From Rebecca billardiae RCC1528 (taxonomy: Eukaryota > Protista > Haptophyta): 64,000 bases of DNA. The notes below the pieces were generated by a model. It saw nothing but the letters and a program-made list of their open reading frames with translations, was not told where the DNA came from and searched no databases. The translations under genes and the position numbers were made by a program. The DNA lies in the NCBI GenBank assembly GCA_965240325.2, contig OZ251223.1:3038001-3102000 (forward strand), given 5' to 3'. Shown one piece after another: positions 46,365 through 56,187 of this stretch; position 1 is the stretch's first letter; every line of letters begins with the position of its first letter.

Positions 46365-47888
46365 TCATCGCGATAGAGGCGGCAGCTGAGAGATGCGCTT
46401 GGGCAAGACGAGGTACTCGTTCCCCGCGAATGCGCTGGTGCCGTGGCCGAGCGCAGCCGCGTGCTTCCCGCACGAGTACACGCAGCCGTCCGCCGTCACG
46501 AACAGCGCGAGGGTGCCGGAGAGCGAGCAGTCCACCACGCGCTCGTCAGCGAGCCCCTCAACGTGCGCCGGGGGAACCTCGCGTACGCCCATGTACCCGA
46601 GGCCCAGCTGCCCGCACGAGTTGTCACCAAACGTGTGGACGCTACCGTCCGCGCCCACCACTGCGCTGCTGGCAAAGCTCGCGCAAGCTCGCACGGAGCG
46701 CACGTCCGCAAGCGCCTCGATGCACCTTGGCACGAGCTGGCGATGCGAGAGGGAGTCGCAGCCGAGGCAGCCGTTCAGGTTTGCCCCGAAGGAGTGCACG
46801 CGGCCCGCCGCGTCGACAACCAGGCTGTGCGAACTGCCCGCGCTCACGTGCACGGCACGCTCCTCTCCGGAGAGCGCCTCGACGCGCCGTGGCGTGTGCT
46901 GATCGTGCTTGTTGCCATGGCCAAGCTGGCCTTGCCCGCCGTAGCCGCACGAGTAGGTCGCGCCGTCTGTTGAGAGGAGGAGTGCGTGGGCAACCCCCAT
47001 GGACGCCGCGCCGACCCGTACGCCAGCCAGCGCCTCGATGCGCCGCGGCCGCCACAGCCCATCCGTGTGGCCGTGGCCGAGCTGACCGCAATCATTCCGG
47101 CCCCAGCTGTACACAGCGCCTGCAACGCCGACCGCACAGCTGAAGCCGCCACCGGCGGCGATGTGAACGACGAACTCGCCAGACAGCGTGCCGAGCGCGG
47201 CGAACGAGTCGCACGATGCGTTCTCATCGAGCTCTCGTGGCTCGCCTAGCCCGAGCTGGCCGCACCAGTTCTCGCCGCAGGCGTAAACCACGCCGGCATC
47301 GCTCAGCGCGAGCAGGTGCTCCCGGCCTGCGGCGACGGCGCACACGCGCACTGCCGAGAGCGAGGCGACGTGCGTCGGCACGAGCACGGGCATGACCTTC
47401 GGATGCCCAAGTGCATTGGGCAAGCTAAACGCCACGTTCCACCAGACTTCCTCCAGCATGTTCTCATCGGTCGCCTCCTGCTCGCCACACGTGTGCAGCC
47501 TGCCGTCCGCGTCGACGAAAGCGCTGAATTCGTGAGCGCACGCGACGGCGGCCCCATGCACTCGCGCTAGCTCGAGCACGCGCTCACGAGCAAAGAGCTC
47601 CTCCGTCCACGTGAGCACGCTCGGCGGTCGAACATTCGGCAGCGTGCGGTCGTGGTCACGCGCGCGCGCGCGCTCGCGCAGCGCTTGCTCGACTGGCGAG
47701 CGGCTGCCCGGCACGCCGCGGAAGAGGCGCGAGGTGGCGTTCGCGGCAGCGAGATCGCGCGCATGCGCAACGAGGGTGATGATTCGCTCGATCACCTCGG
47801 CCGGGAGGTCGCCAAGGGTCGGCGGTGTGAGAGCTTGCACATCTTCGACGTGGTGGGGAGGATTGGCGATACTCGTAGCGGCGGCCAT
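46365..47888 (-). CDS. F-box + RCC1-repeat protein
   Basis: F-box LGDLPAEVIERII..DLAAA..TSRLFR, followed by multiple RCC1 repeats (G.VY..G.N..GQLG.G). Confidence 0.85.
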   Translation of the reverse strand: MAAATSIANPPHHVEDVQALTPPTLGDLPAEVIERIITLVAHARDLAAANATSRLFRGVPGSRSPVEQALRERARARDHDRTLPNVRPPSVLTWTEELFARERVLELARVHGAAVACAHEFSAFVDADGRLHTCGEQEATDENMLEEVWWNVAFSLPNALGHPKVMPVLVPTHVASLSAVRVCAVAAGREHLLALSDAGVVYACGENWCGQLGLGEPRELDENASCDSFAALGTLSGEFVVHIAAGGGFSCAVGVAGAVYSWGRNDCGQLGHGHTDGLWRPRRIEALAGVRVGAASMGVAHALLLSTDGATYSCGYGGQGQLGHGNKHDQHTPRRVEALSGEERAVHVSAGSSHSLVVDAAGRVHSFGANLNGCLGCDSLSHRQLVPRCIEALADVRSVRACASFASSAVVGADGSVHTFGDNSCGQLGLGYMGVREVPPAHVEGLADERVVDCSLSGTLALFVTADGCVYSCGKHAAALGHGTSAFAGNEYLVLPKRISQLPPLSR

Positions 47889-48193
47889 CTTGCTCCCTTC
47901 TGGAGGGCGGAGAATCGAACACGGAACACTGTTCATGACCAATAAAGGAATCGTGACATTCGTGACTGCCACGACCGGAGCTCCGGGCGAGCTCCCTCAC
48001 TCCTCAGCTCGTCGGTCGGCGGTCGGTCCGGACGTAGCTGTGACACTGAGTGCCTGTGGCCGCTTTCAATAGCTAGGCGGATGGCAGATCACACGCCAGT
48101 CCGTGGCAGTAATATCTAGAGTCTAGTTCTGTACAAGTCAGCCAACATTGGATGGCGGGCCACCACTCACCAGCACGTGCCAGCGCGACCGCA

Positions 48194-49567
48194 TCACGCG
48201 GCTGCGAGCACGAACGCCGGCGACGCGGTCGCGGAGCGTGCCGCGCGGCGCGGCTGTGCCCTCTCACTGGCCTTGTACTCGCGCCATGAGGCGCGGCCGT
48301 GCTCAGCGCGCGCATGCATGGCCTCGGTGCGCAGCTGCACTTCCAGTGGCTCGCCCGAGCCGAGGCTCACGCCCAGGTGCACCGACTGGTACCCGTTGGG
48401 CTTGGGCGCCGCGACATAGTCCTTGTACCGGCGCGCGTCCTCCGCCCACAGCTCGCGCACCGCCTCGCACGCGCGCGAGAGCAGCTCGGCCTCGTCCGCG
48501 CCGGAGCGCAGGACGACGCGCGCGGCGAGCAGGTCACACACCGGCTTCGCGCGGAGCACCGCCTTCTCGAACACCGAGGCGCGCGACTTGAGCCGCGTCT
48601 CCACTCGGAACGAGCCCTCAGGCAGCGCGTGCGCCAGCGTCTGCTCCAGCTCGGTCGCCGCGCGCTCGAGCGCCGCGCCCGCCGTGCGCGAGTGGCGCGC
48701 GTGCCACCGGCTGACGGCGCCGTGGGACTGCGGCACGAGCGCGGCGCAGCTCGCGTCGGCGAGGGTGTCCACCACCTTGTCGAGGCCGAACGCGCGCGCC
48801 GCCGGGCTGATGGCGCTCGCAGCACGCGAGACGCGCCGGCTGAGCGCAAGCCGCGAGACACGCTCGAGCTTGGCCCACCGCGGCAGCTGCTCGCCGCCGA
48901 TGGCAGGGTAGAGCGCCGAGCGCACCGCGCGCGCGGGCTCGGCCGGAGTTGCCACCGGGATCGCATCCGCATCCGCCGCCATCACCCCCACCGCGTCCTC
49001 GCGCGCCGAGCGCGTCGCGCGCGGGGCCAGCCGGCGCCGGCGCAGCGCGCTCGCAGACAGGCAGAGCAGCGCGGTGCGTGCGAGCGCCGTCTGCGCCATG
49101 TGCGCCGGGCCAGCCTGGTGCGCGTGCGCGGGCGGCGGCGTGGCCGAGCCGAAGCGCGGTGTCGCCGCCCTGAAGGCCGCCGGGAGCTGCGCCGCCGGTG
49201 CCACGAGCGGGCGCGCCGGCTGGTGCTGGCGCCTGTGCATGGCGTGCACGCCGAGGGCATGCCCCGTCCAGCCGCGCGCCGAGACGGCAGCTGCGCTCAT
49301 CGCGGTGGCGCGCGTGGCTGCTGAGACCAGCACGAATGCGCGCGTCAGCACCCGCAAGCTGCGGCCGCTCTGCGAGCGCCGCGATCCGGCTCGTGCGCCG
49401 TGGCGCGCGCGCCGGCTATGTGCATGCGCGCAAGCCGCCACCGCGCGCGCGGCGTGCATGTTGCGGCCGAGCGCGTGGGGGGCAGCCGAGCTGGTGGTAG
49501 TCGGCATGTCGAGCTCGCTCACGTCGAGAGGGCGCGCCTCTGTCGCGAATGCTGCTGCGTCGAGCAT
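48194..49567 (-). CDS. RelA/SpoT homolog, (p)ppGpp synthetase domain only; start uncertain (49681, 49567 or downstream)
   Basis: RLKS..SVFEK, DLLAARV, KDYVAAPKPNGYQSVH and EVQLRT..MH..AE.G..SW..YK. No HD hydrolase motif. Long transit-peptide-like N-terminus. Confidence 0.85.
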   Translation of the reverse strand: MLDAAAFATEARPLDVSELDMPTTTSSAAPHALGRNMHAARAVAACAHAHSRRARHGARAGSRRSQSGRSLRVLTRAFVLVSAATRATAMSAAAVSARGWTGHALGVHAMHRRQHQPARPLVAPAAQLPAAFRAATPRFGSATPPPAHAHQAGPAHMAQTALARTALLCLSASALRRRRLAPRATRSAREDAVGVMAADADAIPVATPAEPARAVRSALYPAIGGEQLPRWAKLERVSRLALSRRVSRAASAISPAARAFGLDKVVDTLADASCAALVPQSHGAVSRWHARHSRTAGAALERAATELEQTLAHALPEGSFRVETRLKSRASVFEKAVLRAKPVCDLLAARVVLRSGADEAELLSRACEAVRELWAEDARRYKDYVAAPKPNGYQSVHLGVSLGSGEPLEVQLRTEAMHARAEHGRASWREYKASERAQPRRAARSATASPAFVLAAA

Positions 49568-50120
49568 CGAGCGCGCGCGTGAAGCTATGCCGGAAAGCCG
49601 GCGGACGTTCCGCGGTGCCTTTGCCCTGCACGTTTTGAGCCCAACTGCGGTACCGGTCCGCTTGCTTCCGTAACTCTTCATCTTTGCGTCATCCTGCTCG
49701 AGAGGGGCACAACGGGCAACCGACGTTGGTGAAGTCAGGCGAGCACCGTGACGGAACAGTGCCCCCCAAAGGCTTCGTCCAATGAGAGCCGCCGAATTCG
49801 AGCGCCTTCCGGTCTCCAAGTCGGAATTCTGAATAGGGCCCTGGCGAATTCCCGCGCGCGCGAAGAGCCCAACCGTCACACGACCAGAATTGGCGCGAAA
49901 AGCGGGGGTGTCCCACCAGTCTGCACACCCGGACCTACGCCCCGGACACCCCCCCCCCCCGCGCGCGCCAACGAGACGGACGAGCAGCGAGCCAAGCGGC
50001 GCGCGCAGGAGCGGGAGGCGGCCGCCGCGCGACACGCTCGTTGGGGGTTGGTCCGGTACGGTCCGGCTGCAGACTGTCCGCCGCACCGAAGCGGAAGCCG
50101 ACGCGGCTGACTCAATAAAG

Positions 50121-52328
50121 ATGGCGGTGGCCATCGGCTCCATGCTCAGAGCGGCGCTCCGGCGGGGACGATGCCGCGGGCTGGCGTCCCTCGCGGGCGA
50201 CGACTTGCTTCGGCAGCGCGTGCGCACCCCTGACGGCGTCGACCTCGCCGTCACCGTCGGCGGCGACGTGCGCGCGCCGCGCACGCTCGTGTGCATCCCT
50301 GGAGGGCTGGGCACTGCAGAGACCGACTTTGCGCCGCAGCTCGCAGGCGGCCTGGGCGTGGGCCTTCGCGTGGTGGCCTTCGACCCGCGTGGCTACGGTG
50401 GCTCGCAACCGCCTACGCGCACCTTCCCCGTGCCGCCCGCCGCCCCGCACTCGTTCTATGAGCAGGACGCGCGCGATGCGCTCGCGGTTGCGGACGCGGT
50501 GTGCGGCCCGTCGGGCCGCTTCTCCGTGCTCGGCTGGTCGGACGGCGCGAACGTGGCGTGCGTGCTCGCCGGAGGCGCGGCTCGCGCGCGCATCGACGGC
50601 CTCGTCGTGTGGGGCGGCAACGCGTACGTGAGCGCGGATGACGTGCAGCTGTGGGAGCGAATGCGTGACGTGCGCACCGCGTGGAGCGCGCGCATGCGCG
50701 AGACGCTCGGAGCGGTGTACGGCGGCGACGACGGGCTGCAGGCGCTGAACGACCGCTTCACCGACGCGATGGCCGCGCTGCACGCCGCTGGCGGCGACGT
50801 CTGCCTCGCCGCGCTGCACCGCATCGGCTGCCCAACGCTCGTCGTGCACGGCAGGCTCGACCCGCTCGTGCCACGGACGCATGCCGAGTACATTGCGGCG
50901 CAGGTGGCGCGCGCGCGGCTGGCGTTCGTGGACGAGGGGCGGCACAACGTGCACCTGCGCCACGCGCTGGCCTTCAACCACCTCGTGCGCCGCTTCCTCG
51001 TGCTCGAGGCCCCCGCCGCGCCACCCGCGGCGGCGGCGGCGGCGGATCCGGCCATGGCGGCCGCTGCGGCCGCCGCGCCCTCGGCGGACGTCGCGCCCGA
51101 GCACGGCGCCGCGGCCGTGTCCGCCGCGGAGGAGGAGGTGGACGTGGACGTGCACGAGCTGGCGTACGGCTTCATGCGCTCCAAGGCGCTCTTCGCCGCG
51201 CTGCACGCCGGCGTCTTCGACGCCGTCGCCGCCCTCGAGGCGCGCGCGGCCAGCGCCGACGGTACCGCCTCGGCGGCCGCGCGCGCGCCCACCTTTGCCC
51301 AGCTGGAGTCGGAGCTCGTGCGCGCAGGCGGGCGCGTGCGCGGCGAGCGGCTGCGCACGCTGCTCGGCGCGTGCGTGGCCACGCGCACGCTCGTCCTGCG
51401 CCACGCGTCGCCGCCCGCTGACGGCTCCGGCGCGCCGTACGAGCCTCGCTTCGGCCTCAGCCGCTCGGCGCGCGAGCAGCTGGTGCGCGGCGCTGCGCAC
51501 TACTGGGGCGACTACCTCCGGCTGCAGGTGGACGAGCACTTCTACGCGCGGCTGGGCAGCCTGCCGCGGCTGCTCGAGGAGGGCGGCAAGGACGACGCGT
51601 ACGAGGCGTGGTTCGAGCAGAGCCCCGAGGACGCCGAGCAGTACACGCGCGCGCAGCACAACGGCTCGCTCGCCACCGCGCGCGCGCTGCTTCGGCGCGT
51701 GCACGCGCTGCGTGACGCGCGCTCGCTGCTCGACGTCGGCGGCGGCTCGGGCGCGCTCGCCATCGAGCTCTGCCGCGCGCACGCAGACGCACGCGCGACC
51801 GTGCTCGACCTGCCCGCCGTGATCGACGCCGCCCAGCGCATCGTCGGCGAGGAGTCCGCCGATGTGCGCGCGCGCATCGCGCTCAGGCCCGGCTCGGCGA
51901 CGAGCCCGAGCTGGGCTGCGGCGGGCGTGGAGCTCGGCGGGCACGACGTGGTGTGCTGCTCCTACCTGTGCGGCTCGGTCGCGGCCGACGCGCTGCCCGC
52001 GCTCTTGGCGCGCGCGTTCGCCGCGTGCGCGCCCGGGGGCACCGTCGTCGTGCACGACTTCATGACGGCGAACGGTGGCGCGGCGAGCGGCCCGCGGCAC
52101 GCGCCGCTGTGGGCGCTCGCGCACGTGGCCGTCAACCCGCTCGGCGCCGCGCTCACGCCCGCGCGCGTCGTGGGCTGGCTGGACGCCGCCGGCTTCCGCG
52201 CGCCGTTCGTGCAGCCGATGATTGGTGACCTCACCACGCTCATCACGGCGCGAAAGCCAGCCGTTCGCCCGCCCGCAGTCGCCCAGCCTCGTCAACTCTC
52301 CGACGACGGCGCTGAGCGGAAGATATGA
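50121..52328 (+). CDS. DSYB: Fusion of a BPHL/valacyclovirase-like alpha/beta hydrolase and a DsyB/DSYB-like SAM-dependent methyltransferase
   Basis: Single stop-free ORF. Hydrolase: PGGLGTAETDFAPQL, DPRGYG.S.PP.R.FP, GWSDG, WGGNA, HG..DPLVP, GRHNVH. Methyltransferase: AYGFM.SKALFAALH.GVF, GDYLRLQVD, Y..WF, QHNGSLATA, LLDVGGGSG, SYL, HDF, GP....LW.L.H, PMI...T. Confidence 0.88.
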   Translation: MAVAIGSMLRAALRRGRCRGLASLAGDDLLRQRVRTPDGVDLAVTVGGDVRAPRTLVCIPGGLGTAETDFAPQLAGGLGVGLRVVAFDPRGYGGSQPPTRTFPVPPAAPHSFYEQDARDALAVADAVCGPSGRFSVLGWSDGANVACVLAGGAARARIDGLVVWGGNAYVSADDVQLWERMRDVRTAWSARMRETLGAVYGGDDGLQALNDRFTDAMAALHAAGGDVCLAALHRIGCPTLVVHGRLDPLVPRTHAEYIAAQVARARLAFVDEGRHNVHLRHALAFNHLVRRFLVLEAPAAPPAAAAAADPAMAAAAAAAPSADVAPEHGAAAVSAAEEEVDVDVHELAYGFMRSKALFAALHAGVFDAVAALEARAASADGTASAAARAPTFAQLESELVRAGGRVRGERLRTLLGACVATRTLVLRHASPPADGSGAPYEPRFGLSRSAREQLVRGAAHYWGDYLRLQVDEHFYARLGSLPRLLEEGGKDDAYEAWFEQSPEDAEQYTRAQHNGSLATARALLRRVHALRDARSLLDVGGGSGALAIELCRAHADARATVLDLPAVIDAAQRIVGEESADVRARIALRPGSATSPSWAAAGVELGGHDVVCCSYLCGSVAADALPALLARAFAACAPGGTVVVHDFMTANGGAASGPRHAPLWALAHVAVNPLGAALTPARVVGWLDAAGFRAPFVQPMIGDLTTLITARKPAVRPPAVAQPRQLSDDGAERKI

Positions 52329-52523
52329 CGACGATGACATCAGCCAATTCAGCGCCCATGACGACAAGTCGACATGCACCCCGCCTGACGATCAATACGC
52401 GCGGATTACTACTACGGAAAACATCAATAATCGTAGTCAGTAGCAGACGAGTACGACGTATAATCTCAGACGACGAGTGAGTGACGAACGAGGAGGTCAG
52501 ACGGAGGAGGAGCAGACTTCAGA

Positions 52524-55500
52524 CTACAAGTACGACGACTGATGAACTGCTGACGACAGCAAAATGTTCTCGATCGCCGTGCGCACCGCAGCTTCCGCTT
52601 CAGCGGCAGCAGCAGCAGCGCCCTCGACGGCTGCCTCTGCCTCGTCGCGTGCAGCCGTCGCGCGGTCGACCACCGCCTGTGCCGTAGCGAGCTCCGCCTC
52701 GGCCGCCCCCGCGACGCTCAATGGCGTGCCCGCAAGCCGGCGCTCGCGTGTCGCGACGGCCGTGCAGTCGTCGGCGACGCCTCGCGCGTCGGCGAGCGCG
52801 GCCGCGTCCGCCTCGGCCCGTCGCTGCGCGGTCTCGGCCGCGCTCGCCGCGTCGGTCGTACTGCGCTGCAGCTCCTCCTCCTGTGCCAGCAGGCGCGCGA
52901 GCTCCGCGCGCGCTGCGTCGGCTTTGGCCTGCGCGTCGCGTGCCTTCTCAGTCGCGCCGGCGAGCGCCGCGTCGCGGGACTGGCCGATCGGCAGCGTGTG
53001 CTGGTTCGAGCGGAGCTTGGCGAGCACGGCCAGCTCAATCTTGAGCGCGGCCTCGCACCGGTCGCGCGCGCGCCGCGCGGTGGCGATCTCGCCGCGCGTG
53101 CTGTGCCACTCCGCCTGTGCGCGCTTGGCGCGCTCGGCCGCCGCCTGCGCGCCCGTGCGCGCGCCCTTCACCGAGAGCTCGAGCGCACGCGCGGCCTCCG
53201 CCGTCTGCGCTTCTCGCGCGAGCGCGGCCCTCGCGCGCTGGAGCACGGCGCCGTAGCCGCGCTCGACCTCGGCGAGCTTGGCGGCGCGCGCGTCGCGCGC
53301 CTCCGCGGCCGTGGCGAGCTCGCGGCGCGCAGCGGACGCGCGCTCAGCCGCGCGCCGCGCGGCCGCACGCAGCGGCTCCGACCTCTTGCGCTCGGCCTCG
53401 GCCAGCGCGAGCGCGCGCACCCGCGCGAGCCGTGCGCGCTTCCTCGCGCGCGCGCGCCGCAGCCGCTCCAAGATGAGCTGGCGCGCTCGCTCCTCGTCCT
53501 CGCCGAGTGCCGCGGCGATCAGCGCGCGCTCGACGCGCACACGCGCTGCTTCGAGCGAGTCATCCGCGCGCGCCGCGCCGAGCAGCGCGCGCTCGACCGC
53601 CGCGCGTGCCGCCTCGTGCGCGTCCTCCCTCTGCGCGGCCGCGAGCAGCTGTGCCTCGATGCGCTCGCGCGCAGCCAGCGCAGCCAGCGCCGCGTCCGCC
53701 GCGCGCGCCGCAGCGATGAGCTCGCCCTCCGCGCGCGCGCGCGCTGCTTCGCGCGCGTCGTCCGCGCGCGCCGCGTCGAGCAGCGCGCCCTCGATGCGCG
53801 CGCGCGCGGCGTCGAGCTTGTCCTCGGCGGCAGCGGCCGCGAGCAGAGCCGACTCGAGCGCTCCGCGCGCGGCCTCGCGCGCGTCCTCGGCGCGAGCTGC
53901 GGCGAGCAGCTCGCCCTCGAGGCGGGTGCGCTCCGCCACTGCCGCCTCGGCTGCGGCGTCAGCAGCCAGCGTGGCCGCCTCCGCCTCCGCTGCCGCCACC
54001 GCCTCCGCTGCAGCGGCAGCAGCCTCCGCCTCCGCCGCCCTCGCCTCCGCCGCCTCCGCTGACGGCTCAGCCTGGGCCGCGGTCGGAGCCGCCGCCGCAG
54101 CATCCGCCGCCGCCGCCGCTGGCCCACCTGCCGCCGCTGCCGGTGCCTCCGAAGCCGGTGGCCCGAGTGCCGGCGCCTGCGCCGCGGCCGGCGCGTCCTC
54201 CCCCGCTGGCGCCGCACTTGCGGACGCCACCGGAGCCACCGCCCTGCCGAGCTCCGCCGCAGGGGCGAGGGCAGCCAAGCTGTCCGCACCGCGGGGCGCC
54301 GGTGCGGGCACGGCGCGTGTGGGGCTCAGCGGCGCAGGCGCGGCCGACGTGGGTGTGGCTGGAGCGCCAGCGAGCAGCGGAGCAGCTGCGGGCGCGAGCC
54401 CGAGCGTTTCGCCCTCCGCATCGCGCGGCGCGCCCACTCGCGCCGCGGGGGCCTCCCAGCCCGCTCCCTCGCGCTCCTGCGGTGGCGACACGAGGCCGGC
54501 GGGCGCCGCGGCCTCGGCTGCCGCGAGCTCGGCAGCGGCGAGGACGGCCGCGGCGGCGGGCGCGCTCACGCCGTCGGCCGCGGGCGCGCCGGCGATCACC
54601 AGCGACACCTCGCCGCTGGCCAGCCTGCGCCTGCCGGCTGCGCCCATCGCGCGCCCACCCGCCGCCAGCCCTCTCGCCGCACGTACCGCGCCGCCAGCCC
54701 TGCGCCAGCGCGCGCGCGCGTGCGCGGCCGGCCGGTGCGTTGGGAGCGCATGCGCGCTGCGCGCATGCCTGCCGCGCGCGACCCGCTGGATCGCGACGGC
54801 CGCGAGCCACGGGGCGCGATCGCCCGCACGGCGCAGCCGCGCGCGCTCGCGCGCGCCGCGCGCCTCGTGCCGCGCGAGCAGCCCGCGCGCCGCAGTCTGC
54901 AGGGCGCGCGCCGCCGCCGCGCGCCTCGCCGCCTCCGTGCTCGCGAGGTGGCGGCGGAAGGTGCGCTGCACCGCGAGCGCGGCGCGGCGGCGCTTGAGCT
55001 CGAGGCGGCGGGGCGTCACGGCGTCGAGCCTCGCCGTGGGCACAGCGGGCGGCGCGCGCAGCCGCTCGAGCCCGCCGCGCTTCGGCCCCTCGTCCATCAC
55101 CCACGCGCGCACCCGCCGCCCATCCGAGGCCGTCAGTGTGACCATGCGGACCGAGCGCGCGGCGTTGCTGAGCGCGCCCGCCGCGCACTCGAAGAGGCCG
55201 TCGTCCGGGCTGTCGAGCAGCGTCTCAAGCTCGCGCAGCGCACGCCGGTCCCGACGCAGCGCGACGATCCCATCCGCGCTGACGCACGTGACCTGCGACG
55301 CAGACCCCAGGGCACGCGGCGGGGCGGGGGCGCGGCACACGCGCTCACGTCAGCGCGCGTGCTCGCGCTGGGGGGCGACCCGGTCGAGGGCGCGGGCAGC
55401 GCGGGCGGTGCGCGCGCGCGCGCGCGCACGTTTCGAAGCGCTGCCACGACGTAGTACCGCGCCCGACCCGACGCGCCCCGGTCCGCCAGCGCGGCCAGAA

Positions 55501-55879
55501 GCGTCTGCAGCAGGCCGCTCGACAGCAGCTGCGCGCTCACGGGCACGCCGCCCACGAACGCGAGGTTGGCCACGACGGAGAGCGTGAGCGCGCAGATGTA
55601 GTGATCAGTGCGTAGCGACTCGAGTATCACGCCGCGCAGCGCGTGAGCTAGCCTGACCGCCTGGCACGCCTCGATCACAGCGTCCTTGTCAGCCGCCGAT
55701 GCGCCGCTGAGCGCCTCTGCAATCTGGAGCAGCGCGCGCTTGCGCTCCTCGCGCGCGGCGGGTGCGGACTGGAGGGCGGTCCCACACGAGAGGATGATCT
55801 GCGCTGGTGGTGTCCTCCGCGGCGCCGATGGCGGGCGCGGGCGCTGCAGCGGCGGCTGCACCCGCGCCACGTCCGTCAT
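52524..55879 (-). CDS. ARM-repeat + IQ-motif + coiled-coil protein
   Basis: Intron 55429-55293. ARM-like segments LSVVANLA, VVAALRNV and CAAGALSN; IQ motifs AALAVQRTFRRH, LQTAARGLLAR and AIQRVARGRHAR; about 21-aa helical repeats. Confidence 0.7.
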
Positions 55880-56187
55880 GCACGTTGCGTAAATCACCGC
55901 CGCTTCCCAAGTCCGGAGAAGGCGGAGCGCTCGTGCATCTGGATCCCCTGTCGCACAACCCCGCTTGGGAGCTCTGTAGCTCACGAGCGTCATCAATCTC
56001 AATGATGAATAAATCGACGAGCCGACTACAAGTTACGACCAAATACGACGAATACTATGTTTTAACGTGCACAGTAACGTCTGACGACAACCCGGCGGAA
56101 CCCGCAGTCGGTGGAGCAGGACCCACGGCAGAATTTCCGGCCGGAAGGCAGGGCAGCGGACGCATATCGCGCGCGAGCGCGATGGCA

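Noticed and set aside
46365-47888. UVR8 photoreceptor
   Set aside because: It lacks the GWRHT tryptophan triad and has an F-box.
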